Source of the DNA: Deinococcaceae bacterium
GTDB taxonomy: Bacteria; Deinococcota; Deinococci; Deinococcales; Trueperaceae
Length of the DNA stretch: 16,006 nucleotides
Direction: 5' to 3'
NCBI GenBank assembly: GCA_040256005.1
Contig: JBDZWC010000068.1
Coordinates: forward strand, 1 to 16,006
The position numbers were made by a program, and so were the translations under genes. This document shows positions 7,412-15,130 of the stretch, one piece after another; positions within the stretch are counted from its first letter, which is position 1, and each line of letters starts with the position of its first letter. The notes below the pieces were generated by a model that was not told the origin of the DNA, did not search any database, and worked only from the letters and a program-made list of their open reading frames with translations.

Positions 7412-8383
7412 GTGGTGACCGTCTTCACGCCGCTGCGCGTCCCGTTCGCGGGTGGGTTGACCGACCTCAAGGAGTACGCCGAGCGCTTCGGCGGCGTGAC
7501 GGTGAGCTCGACGGTCGACCGCGGCGTGCTGGTCAGTGTGGAGGAGAGCGGCCGCGGCGGCTGGGAGGTGATGTGGGGAGCGCGGGCGTTCTCCGCCCCG
7601 GATCTCTCCTCCCTCGAAGCCGACCTGGTGCGCGAGTGTGCGCTCCAGGTGGGCTGCGACGGGCCGCCTCTAAGTGTGAAGGTCGAGGTGCAGGCCGAGG
7701 ACCACGGGGGCCTGGGGGCCTCCGGTGCGGTGTGCGTGAGCCTGGTGCACGCCTTCCGCGCGGCTCGCGGCGAGAGCCCAGCGGTCGAGCTCGTAGCGGC
7801 CGACGCCGCCAACGTCGAGGTCGAGCGGCTGGGCGGCGCCTCCGGTTACCACGACCCGCACGTGTGCGCGCGTGGCGGGCTGCTCCACGTGCGGTACGAG
7901 GGCTCCGCGGTGACAGCCCGCCGGCTGGAGCCGCCCCCCGGGTTCCTCGAGGCTTTCCAGGGCTCCCTGCTCTTCTTCGAGACCGAGAGGCGCTCCAGCA
8001 CCAGGGCCTCTCTGAGGCGGTTGGCCGATGGGTTGACGGAGGCGCTGGACGTCATGCACGAGATCAAGGCCCTCGGCGAGGCGACCGCGTCGGCTTTCGA
8101 GGCCGGCGAGCTAGCTTCCGTCACCCGGTGCATCGGCGAGCAACAGCGTCTCAAGCAGTTGCTGCCCGGGGCGTTCGTGGACGATCTCGTCATCGACGTC
8201 GGTGAGAAGGTCAGGGCGCTCGGCGCCGCCGTGCAGTTCCCCGGCGGCAAGGTAGGCGCCTACGCCATGGTGTGCTGCCCTGACGGCCAGCAGGCGGAGG
8301 TGAGGCGTGCCCTCGCCGGCCTGCGCGAGGTGCGCATGAAGCTGACCGGCGAGGGCACCCGACCGGTGCGCTCAGGCGGCTGA
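7412..8383 (+). CDS. GHMP-family sugar kinase, HddA (heptose-7-phosphate 1-kinase)-like, divergent
   Basis: PLRVPFAGGLTDL.EY...GG.TVSSTVD, GGLGASGA ATP loop and GYHD...GGL. GTG start 4 nt after the upstream stop. Confidence 0.85.
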   Translation: MVTVFTPLRVPFAGGLTDLKEYAERFGGVTVSSTVDRGVLVSVEESGRGGWEVMWGARAFSAPDLSSLEADLVRECALQVGCDGPPLSVKVEVQAEDHGGLGASGAVCVSLVHAFRAARGESPAVELVAADAANVEVERLGGASGYHDPHVCARGGLLHVRYEGSAVTARRLEPPPGFLEAFQGSLLFFETERRSSTRASLRRLADGLTEALDVMHEIKALGEATASAFEAGELASVTRCIGEQQRLKQLLPGAFVDDLVIDVGEKVRALGAAVQFPGGKVGAYAMVCCPDGQQAEVRRALAGLREVRMKLTGEGTRPVRSGG

Positions 8384-8392
8384 ACCCTTGTG

Positions 8393-10321
8393 TCAGTCCG
8401 GCTGCACCGTGCACCCGGGGTCGCACGCCGAGTCGTCCACTGTCACGTCGCCCTCCTCGTGAATGCCGGCGTTCCCGGTACCCGAGGTGTTGCCGACGAC
8501 CTGGGCTGAGCCGGAGAGGAAGATCGTGACGGGTTCGGCGGTGCCGTCGGCGAATATGCCGCCGCCGTCGGCTGTGGCCTCGTTACCAAGTGCCTCCGTT
8601 CCGATGGTCGTCGTCCCGGCGAGAGTGACGTCGGCGTCGGTCCAGATGCCCCCGCCGAGAACGGCCGTGTTGTCGTCCACGACGGTGTCCGTGAGAGTGA
8701 GCGTGCCCTCGTTCCAGATGCCGCCGCCGACGTAGCCGGCACGGTTCCCGACGATCTGCGAGCTCTGGATGTCGAGAGTGCCGGCGTTGTAGATCCCGCC
8801 GGCACCGAAGTCCGCCGGCCCACGGTTGTTCGAGATCTCGGAGCCGACGATCGTCAGCGTCGCCCCCTTGACGTTGCGGATGCCGCCGGCGCTGCCCATG
8901 TCGTCGTTGGAGTTGTCGGTGATCGTGCTGTCCACAAGGGTCAGGTCGCCGGAGTTGACGATGGTGGATCCGTTGGCACCGGAGGCACCCGAGATCGTGA
9001 CGTCAGTGAGGACGGCCACGCCCGAGTTGGAGAAGTTGCTTCCCGATGGGAAGCCCGAGAAGGAGTTCGAGTCGATCAGGACACCGGTCATCTCGAGGCG
9101 GCCCTCGTTGACCATGACGTCGCCGTCGTTGTCCACGATGCTGCCGCCGGTCATCACCACGTTCGCGTCGGCGTCGTCGATGTCGATGACGGCTGACATA
9201 CCCCCGACGTTGAGCGTGAGATCGGTGTCGGTCATGGTCAGGCTGCCGCCGTCGACCGCGATGGCGGCGCCGTCGGTCTCGTCGGGCTCCAGGGCGCCGC
9301 CGGTGATGTCGTTGCCGGTGAAGAGGCTGTCCGTGATGGTGACCGTGCTGGCGAGGCTGTGAAGCCCACCGCCACGCACGCCCTCGTCGTAGGTGACTAC
9401 GTTGTCCGCGACGGTCACGCGGTCGAGCGTCAGGAACCCGCCGGACACGCGGATGCCGCCACCGCCTTCGATCCCACCATGACCGTTGCGCACCGTCATG
9501 TCCTCGAGGGTCAGGGTCCCGTGGACGTCGAACAGGCGGAACTCCTCCGCCACCTCGCCGCGCTGCAGCGTCGAGCCGTTGCCCTCGATGGTCACTACCG
9601 AAGCGATGACGGGCAACGCGTTCGCGTCGTTGTCGGCGTCGTCGAACGTGATGGTGAACGCCTCTTCGAGCACGATCGTGTCGTCGCCGTCCCCTGCCGG
9701 GCAACCGCCGACCGCGGTGTCGGTGTTGGCGGCCGTGATCGCGTCGCGCAGGGTGCAGTCCGGCCCGCCCACACCACCGCTGTCCGTGTTGACGACGATC
9801 TGCGTCGGCTCCGGGTCCGGTTCGGGGTCGGGATCCGGGTCAGGGTCAGGGTCGGGGTCAGGGTCCGGATCGGGGTCAGGGTCCGGATCGGGGTCAGGGT
9901 CGGGGTCAGGGTCGGGATCGGGGTCCGTGTTCGGGTCGTCCGGCTCGGGCTGCACCGGGTCCGACGCCTGTTCTGCGAGGGCGGACTCACCGGAGAGGTT
10001 GAAGGCCGTGATCGCGTAGCGGTAGCTGGAGGTGGTCTCCACACCGTCGTCCACATACTGGGTCTGGTTCGCGGCGGTCACCGCGATCAGGACGAAGCCG
10101 TCCGTCGCAGCGGCCGGGGGCGACACCACCTCCCGGTAGACGTTGAAGCCCATCTCCGAGTCGCTGGCGTCTTCCCACGCGACCTCGATGACGCCGTTCG
10201 CGTTCACCGCCGTCACGTTGGTGGGCGCCTCCGGGGCGCCGGCCCCCGGCCCGGGACTGGCGCACCCCGCCAACAGAGATAGGACCGCGGCCGACGCGAG
10301 GACGGTAGATGAGCGTGACAT
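8393..10321 (-). CDS. Surface lipoprotein: lipobox, FN3 domain, (D/E-P)20 linker, CSLREA-type motif, right-handed beta-helix (Pmp-like GGGI repeats)
   Basis: LLAG-C lipobox; FN3 pattern P.AP.NVTA...VAWED.SDSEMGFNVYR...YRYAITAFN..GES; DCTLRDAITAAN; repeated GGGI/AGGIYN...LTL...I..N coils. Confidence 0.85.
   Translation of the reverse strand: MSRSSTVLASAAVLSLLAGCASPGPGAGAPEAPTNVTAVNANGVIEVAWEDASDSEMGFNVYREVVSPPAAATDGFVLIAVTAANQTQYVDDGVETTSSYRYAITAFNLSGESALAEQASDPVQPEPDDPNTDPDPDPDPDPDPDPDPDPDPDPDPDPDPDPDPDPEPDPEPTQIVVNTDSGGVGGPDCTLRDAITAANTDTAVGGCPAGDGDDTIVLEEAFTITFDDADNDANALPVIASVVTIEGNGSTLQRGEVAEEFRLFDVHGTLTLEDMTVRNGHGGIEGGGGIRVSGGFLTLDRVTVADNVVTYDEGVRGGGLHSLASTVTITDSLFTGNDITGGALEPDETDGAAIAVDGGSLTMTDTDLTLNVGGMSAVIDIDDADANVVMTGGSIVDNDGDVMVNEGRLEMTGVLIDSNSFSGFPSGSNFSNSGVAVLTDVTISGASGANGSTIVNSGDLTLVDSTITDNSNDDMGSAGGIRNVKGATLTIVGSEISNNRGPADFGAGGIYNAGTLDIQSSQIVGNRAGYVGGGIWNEGTLTLTDTVVDDNTAVLGGGIWTDADVTLAGTTTIGTEALGNEATADGGGIFADGTAEPVTIFLSGSAQVVGNTSGTGNAGIHEEGDVTVDDSACDPGCTVQPD
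9806..9925 (-). repeat. Hexanucleotide tandem repeat encoding 20 (D/E)P dipeptides (17 consecutive DP)
   Basis: Degenerate NGG-RTC units on +. It includes an exact tandem 18-mer GGGGTCAGGGTCCGGATC x2 (9854-9889) and a 12-mer GGGGTCAGGGTC x2 (9890-9913). Confidence 0.95.
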
Positions 10322-10430
10322 GGGATCCCCCTAGTCAGGTACGGACGTCAGGTGGTCGGCTGTCACCGACACCATGCCCGACTTCCGGGCCTCGTCACGT
10401 CGCCTGGCTGCGCTGACCGGTCCTCGAACC

Positions 10431-12485
10431 CTACTCGGCCAGGCCGGTCACCAGGTCCTGCAGCTGCCTTTGCGTCCGCTGGAGCTCGTCTCTCAACCCG
10501 GCGAGCTCTGACTCGACGACGTCCAGCTCGCCCTCCTGCTCCTCGAGGTCGGAGACGTAGCGCCGGTAGAGCGACGAGTCGCGGTCCAGGCTAGACATGT
10601 TCGCGCGGATGCGCTCCTGGTCCGCGGCTATCGCCTCGATACGGTCCTCGCGCGAGTCGATCTCGGAGCGTAGCCCGGCCACCTCGCGCTGGAGAGCCAT
10701 GACGTCCTCCAGGGTGTCCCGTGTGGCAGCGTCGAGCTCCAGGTCCTCGAGGTAGACGGCGATCACGTCGGGCGACAGGTCGGTGAGGGCGACCGTCCGG
10801 CTGGTGACCCGCTCGAGGACGACCTCCAGGCGGCACGCCTGGTCCTCTCCGCCGGCGGGGCACCGCAGTTGGACCGGCACGTCTTGGGGCACCGGCACGC
10901 CTCCGGCCCCGTCGTTCACGACCACTCCGAAACGCCACGACGACGCGGTCAGCAGCGGTGACGGAGAGGGCGACACGACCTCGTAGCCGTCGCGTCTGGG
11001 AACGTCCACCAGGACCAGGCGCTCCTCCTCGGTGCGGGGAGAGAGCCTGACGTCCACAGAGACGCGCTGGCGTGTCTCGGTCTCGAGTAGCCCGCGTACG
11101 AGGCGAGCGGCCACGACCCGTTCAGGCTGGCTGCCGCCGGTCGTCTCGGCAGCGATCTCGAGATCGACGGCGTACGAGAGCAGCCGCGAGTCGCCCGGCA
11201 CGAGGTCGGACAGCAGCGCGTTGCCCGCGAACCCGTTGGCGTCGTAGACAGTGACGGTGCCGCCGGCCAGGTGCAGGCCGGTGTCGTTGGCGATCCTCAC
11301 CGCGGCGAGCGGGTTGCCTGGCAGCGTGCGGTCGTCGTAGTGGGAGAGCCGCGTAGCCGTGACGGTGGTCTGAACGATGGGCACCATCACCGACTGGTGC
11401 CGGCCCACGCTCACCGGCGAGCTCACGTGGTACGCGAACGTGGCGCCGCTGCGCTCACCGCTGGCCATGGCCGCGACGCCGGCGCCGAGCGACGGCGCCT
11501 CGAACGCCTGGGCGGCGGCTGGCGGGACGGGGGCGGCGGCCGGCGCCAGGGCGCGGCCCAGCACGGCCTCGTCCCGTACGGCGTCGAAGCTGGCGGCGGT
11601 GGGCGGCTCCACACGTTGACGCGCCGCGTAGACCGGGTCGTACAGCGACGTCACGAAGGCGGCCGGCTGGCCCGCGACGAACGACACCATGACGTCGCGT
11701 AGGTCTGTGTCGGTGGGGTTGTCGAAGATGGCCCAACCCTGCAGCTGCGCGGTGTCGTCGTCATCGACCACGAGCCGGTACGTGCTCTTCCAGACGGGCA
11801 TCTCGCGCACGTACCCCACGCGGACCTGACGCTCGCCCTCGCCGTCGAAGCTGATCCGTAGCGTCGTGGCGTCCTCCGCCCGGTGGCTGGCGACGGCAGC
11901 CAGGGCGTCGGCGAGCTCGGCCTGCAGGTCCTCGTCCTCGAGGCGCACGTTCGTGACCTCGGCCATGTCCACCCGGGTCAGGCCGCTCCCGGTGGAGAGC
12001 GTCAGGAAGGTCCTGGGAGCCTCGCCCTCGACCTCGACGCGCTCCACCGAGACGATGACCCCGGTCAGTGTCCGTGACGCCTGGACCTCGATGCCCTCGC
12101 CGCGCAACTGGGCGAGGATCTGCGCCAGCGTCGGCGCGCCCGAGAGGTCTATCGAGTAACCCGCGAGGATGCGGCCGAGTGGATCGCGGGAGTCGTAGGT
12201 GACGGGCTGTATGGTCCCGCCCCCGAGGTCCTGCAGGACCAGCGTCTGCAGCAGGTCGTCCATCTCGGACGGTGGCACCGACAGGTCGAGGACCTGGTCG
12301 CCGGTCACCGTGCCGGCGTGCTCGAAGTAGGCGACGCCGCTCGTGAAGAGGACGACGCGGGTCACAGGCAGGTCGGCTGCAGTCGGCATGTTCGGTCCTC
12401 CTGAAGCGTCCTGGGCGAACGCAGCAGGCACGGCTGCAGCGGCCAACGCCATCGTCAGCAGGGTCTTGCGCGCGAGTTCGCTCAT
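10431..12485 (-). CDS. Secreted DUF4139/DUF4140-type protein with C-terminal coiled coil
   Basis: Signal peptide (..AAFA|Q), LPVTRVVLFTSGVAYFEH, MDDLL.TLVLQDL, PVWKSTYRL, LQGWAI.DNPT..D, and an acidic coiled coil with DQERIRANM..L. Confidence 0.85.
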   Translation of the reverse strand: MSELARKTLLTMALAAAAVPAAFAQDASGGPNMPTAADLPVTRVVLFTSGVAYFEHAGTVTGDQVLDLSVPPSEMDDLLQTLVLQDLGGGTIQPVTYDSRDPLGRILAGYSIDLSGAPTLAQILAQLRGEGIEVQASRTLTGVIVSVERVEVEGEAPRTFLTLSTGSGLTRVDMAEVTNVRLEDEDLQAELADALAAVASHRAEDATTLRISFDGEGERQVRVGYVREMPVWKSTYRLVVDDDDTAQLQGWAIFDNPTDTDLRDVMVSFVAGQPAAFVTSLYDPVYAARQRVEPPTAASFDAVRDEAVLGRALAPAAAPVPPAAAQAFEAPSLGAGVAAMASGERSGATFAYHVSSPVSVGRHQSVMVPIVQTTVTATRLSHYDDRTLPGNPLAAVRIANDTGLHLAGGTVTVYDANGFAGNALLSDLVPGDSRLLSYAVDLEIAAETTGGSQPERVVAARLVRGLLETETRQRVSVDVRLSPRTEEERLVLVDVPRRDGYEVVSPSPSPLLTASSWRFGVVVNDGAGGVPVPQDVPVQLRCPAGGEDQACRLEVVLERVTSRTVALTDLSPDVIAVYLEDLELDAATRDTLEDVMALQREVAGLRSEIDSREDRIEAIAADQERIRANMSSLDRDSSLYRRYVSDLEEQEGELDVVESELAGLRDELQRTQRQLQDLVTGLAE

Positions 12486-13138
12486 CTGTCAGATGTTAGG
12501 TCATCAAGGAGGGCCTGCCACCAGTCCACCTCGTCCTGGTTGACGCTGTGCGTGAAACCCGGGTAGATGCGCTCCTCCACCGCCGCTCCCAGGTCGCGGT
12601 ACAGCGCGGCGCTCTCCTTGACCCTCTCGACGGGGATGTAGGGGTCCACGTCACTGCAGCCGAAGAACGCCTTGGTGCCATCCAGGGAGCTCGCGTAGCG
12701 GCCCCTGTCCACGACGTCCCCGATCAGGCCCCCGGAGAGGGCGACGACGCCGCCGAACCGGCCGCCTTCGCGCGCCGCGTATTCCGTGACCAGGCAGGCC
12801 CCCTGGGAGAAGCCGAGCAGGGCGATCCGGTCCCGCGGCACGCCTGACGCGGTCGCGGTGCTCACGACGGCGTCCAGGGCGGACAGGGCCGAGGAGAGCC
12901 ACGGCTCGTTCTGCTGAGGCGGGGCGAGGAAGGAGTGCGGGTACCAGACGTTGTGCCGGGCCTCGGGCGCGAGGAACGCGACGCCGGGCGCCTGGACGAC
13001 CGTGGCGAGACCCAGGATCCCGTGGGCGCTGTCCCCACGACCGTGGACCAGGACGGTCGCCGCCTTGGCCTCCTCGAGCGGCGCGCCCACCTGCGCCCTC
13101 ACCTCAGGGGCGTGAAGCTGGCTCTGGGGGATGCTCAT
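12482..13138 (-). CDS. Phospholipase/carboxylesterase-family alpha/beta hydrolase
   Basis: VHGRG oxyanion motif, WYP, GFSQG nucleophile elbow, D(VD)P and H of the catalytic triad. The stop overlaps the downstream ATG (ATGA). Confidence 0.92.
   Translation of the reverse strand: MSIPQSQLHAPEVRAQVGAPLEEAKAATVLVHGRGDSAHGILGLATVVQAPGVAFLAPEARHNVWYPHSFLAPPQQNEPWLSSALSALDAVVSTATASGVPRDRIALLGFSQGACLVTEYAAREGGRFGGVVALSGGLIGDVVDRGRYASSLDGTKAFFGCSDVDPYIPVERVKESAALYRDLGAAVEERIYPGFTHSVNQDEVDWWQALLDDLTSDR
12493..12498 (-). promoter_or_regulatory. -10 hexamer TAACAT 7 nt before the DUF4139 ATG, inside the esterase 3' end
   Basis: The - strand reads ccTAACATctgacagATG. Confidence 0.5.
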
Positions 13139-13145
13139 GTCACCG

Positions 13146-13151
13146 AATGTA
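13146..13151 (-). promoter_or_regulatory. -10 hexamer TACATT 7 nt before the esterase ATG; probable leaderless promoter
   Basis: The - strand reads ggcTACATTcggtgacATG, with no clear SD. Confidence 0.6.
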
Positions 13152-13187
13152 GCCGTTCCCAGGCCTGCCGCGGACGGCGCCGCACAG

Positions 13188-13637
13188 CTACGAAGCCGAG
13201 CTCTTGGGGATGATCGCGATCCTGCCGTCGGACTGCAGGATGGCCCACTTGACCTGATCGAGCGTCTCGAGGCCGGACTGATGCGCGACCTGCAGTATCT
13301 CCTCGGCCGTGATCCGCTCCTTGTTCATGGCGGAGCTGTAGAGGTTCCCGTCGAAGAGCAGCACCGTCGGTTGAGGCGTGACGGCGATCTCCGCCTTGCG
13401 GCTGACGTGGGCGAGCATCGAGGTCAGCACCACCAGGAGCATCACCGTGCTCACCGCGACGAGCGCGTTGGTCAAGGAGAAGTCCTCGCGCACGATGCCT
13501 TGAGACACGATGTCCGGGATCAGCATCAGCATGACCAGCTCCAGGGCCGAGAACTGACCGAACTCGCGCTTGCCGAGCAGACGCAGGGCGAACAGCACGA
13601 ACAGGTAGACGATGACGACGCGGATCACGCTCTCCAT
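13188..13637 (-). CDS. DUF421 (YetF-like) membrane protein, 149 aa
   Basis: ATG 13637 follows a GGAGGTG RBS. RLLGKREFGQFSALELV...PTVLLFDG...ERIT.EEI....HQSG...LDQVKWAILQSDGRIAII matches the family pattern. Confidence 0.92.
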   Translation of the reverse strand: MESVIRVVIVYLFVLFALRLLGKREFGQFSALELVMLMLIPDIVSQGIVREDFSLTNALVAVSTVMLLVVLTSMLAHVSRKAEIAVTPQPTVLLFDGNLYSSAMNKERITAEEILQVAHQSGLETLDQVKWAILQSDGRIAIIPKSSAS

Positions 13638-13686
13638 GGGCACCTCCGGACCGACGGGTCTGGGCCCACGCTGCCGGCGGCAGGCC

Positions 13687-14268
13687 TCACGGCCACACCA
13701 TCGTCGCGAACGCGACCTCGCCCGAGCCCGTCTCGTTGCCTGAGTCGTCAAGGACTCGCCAGCCGGCCGTGCCCGGCCGATGCCAGTACGCCTGCGGCTG
13801 CATCTCGCCGGCGATGACCGCTGTGTCGCCCGGCTCCAGATCGGTCACCTCGAACACGTAATAGGTGTCCGTGACGTCCTCGGGCCCCGGCGTGAACGCG
13901 ACGTCGGCGAACGACTGCACGTAGCTCCTGGAGAGGAGCACCTCCACCGTGGCTATCGTCGTCTCGGACTCGTTGGTCACGAACAGCCGCAGCGGCTGTC
14001 TCACCTTGAGGCGCTGGACGCGCGGGTACTCCACCCTGAACGAGACGAGCTCGCCAGTAGCCTCGGCGGCGAGCCGTCTGATGCCGAACAGGCCGATCAC
14101 GGCCAGGATCGGCAGCAAGCCCACCACCAGCAGGCCCGCGATCATCGGCGGGTGGAACTGTATGCGTCTGTCTATGCGCGGCGTGTCGGGCAGCTGCGGA
14201 GGTTCCTCGTACGTCGGCCTGACGCCGGCTGACTCCCGCGGCACGACGCCGTCGTCGGTGGGGCTCAT
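13687..14268 (-). CDS. Hypothetical single-pass membrane protein with a beta-rich extracytoplasmic domain, upstream of DUF421
   Basis: 193 aa with GC-typical codon use, one TM segment (IAGLLVVGLLPILAVIGLFG), a VEYPR motif and a C-terminal ..VWP. Confidence 0.75.
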   Translation of the reverse strand: MSPTDDGVVPRESAGVRPTYEEPPQLPDTPRIDRRIQFHPPMIAGLLVVGLLPILAVIGLFGIRRLAAEATGELVSFRVEYPRVQRLKVRQPLRLFVTNESETTIATVEVLLSRSYVQSFADVAFTPGPEDVTDTYYVFEVTDLEPGDTAVIAGEMQPQAYWHRPGTAGWRVLDDSGNETGSGEVAFATMVWP

Positions 14269-14333
14269 CGTGGTGCGGTTCCCATGCGCAACTATGTGGC
14301 CGCCAGTGACCTTGGGGGTTAGAGCAGCGTGAG

Positions 14334-14350
14334 CCTCAGAGGAATCTCAG
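14334..14350 (+). promoter_or_regulatory. Direct repeat CCTCAG-N5-TCTCAG (11-bp period), OmpR/MprA-box-like
   Basis: cctcag aggaa tctcag, ending ~32 nt upstream of the TAGCAT -10 (14383-14388) of the SRPBCC gene. Confidence 0.4.
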
Positions 14351-14411
14351 CGGGCCCGGACCTTTCCCATCTGCCTCGTCCCTAGCATCACCGCCGAGAG
14401 GAGGAACCTAC

Positions 14412-15020
14412 ATGGCGAGCTTCAACGAGTCGATCGACGTGCACGTTCCTGTCCCCGAGGCCTACCGGCTCTTCAGCCAGTTCGAGCGCTTCCCAACCTT
14501 CATGGAAGGTGTGGAGGAGGTACGCCGCGAGGGCGGCAACCGCCTCTACTGGCGGGCGAACATCGGCGGCAGGGAAGAGGAGTGGGAAGCCCGCGTCACG
14601 GCGGAAGAGCCTGACACGCGCATCGCCTGGGAGAGCGTGGCCGGTGCGCGCAACGCCGGCGAGGTGACGTTCAACAAGGTCGACCAGGACACGACGCAAG
14701 TGAACCTCCACGTCGAGTACGACCCCGAGGGCTTCCTCGAGAACGTCGGCACCGCGCTCGGCATGGTCAACGGCCGCATGAAGGGTGACCTCAAGCGCTT
14801 CAAGGAGATCGCCGAGTCGGGTGGCCACGAGTCGGGTTGGCACGACCCGGCTGACCGCTCCACGGTAGGTGCGGAGCGCGACAGGATCATCGGCGAGGAG
14901 CGCCGGTCCCAGGACCGCATGGGGCCCGCGACGACGGTCAGCACCGGAACTGATCGCATCGACGCCGATGCGGCCGACCGGGTAGAGCCCGGCATGCCGC
15001 CGGGACGCGATCGCTACTGA
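14412..15020 (+). CDS. SRPBCC (polyketide cyclase/dehydrase-like) family protein with an acidic C-terminal tail
   Basis: ESIDVHVPV..AY..FSQFERFP.FMEGVEEV...REEEWEA..T...PD.RIAW...G.V.F...GDLKRFKE. GGAGG RBS at 14400-14404. Confidence 0.93.
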   Translation: MASFNESIDVHVPVPEAYRLFSQFERFPTFMEGVEEVRREGGNRLYWRANIGGREEEWEARVTAEEPDTRIAWESVAGARNAGEVTFNKVDQDTTQVNLHVEYDPEGFLENVGTALGMVNGRMKGDLKRFKEIAESGGHESGWHDPADRSTVGAERDRIIGEERRSQDRMGPATTVSTGTDRIDADAADRVEPGMPPGRDRY

Positions 15021-15072
15021 CGGTTCGGACTCAGGCCCGCTAGGGCTCCCAACCACGACATCAGGAACGCAC

Positions 15073-15096
15073 GGGGCCGCCGGAACGGGCGGCCCT
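15073..15096 (+). terminator. GC-rich hairpin downstream of the SRPBCC gene; possible terminator
   Basis: GGGCCGCC (15074-15081), a 6-nt loop, then GGCGGCCC (15088-15095). There is no U-tract. Confidence 0.4.
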
Positions 15097-15130
15097 GATA
15101 CGTGCATGGCAGCGTGCTAAACCTACTTCC

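Noticed and set aside
6667..8383. Naming the pair hddC/hddA
   Set aside because: The motifs are too divergent and gmhA/gmhB are absent from the window, so gene symbols are withheld.
9486..10019. (GS)n-containing ORF on the + strand, and the repeat as a possible CRISPR array
   Set aside because: It is the reverse complement of the DP linker. The units are 6 nt with no unique spacers, and no cas genes are present.
13638..13751. N-terminal extension of the DUF421 ORF in the track
   Set aside because: It overlaps the upstream gene, and a strong GGAGGTG RBS precedes ATG 13637.
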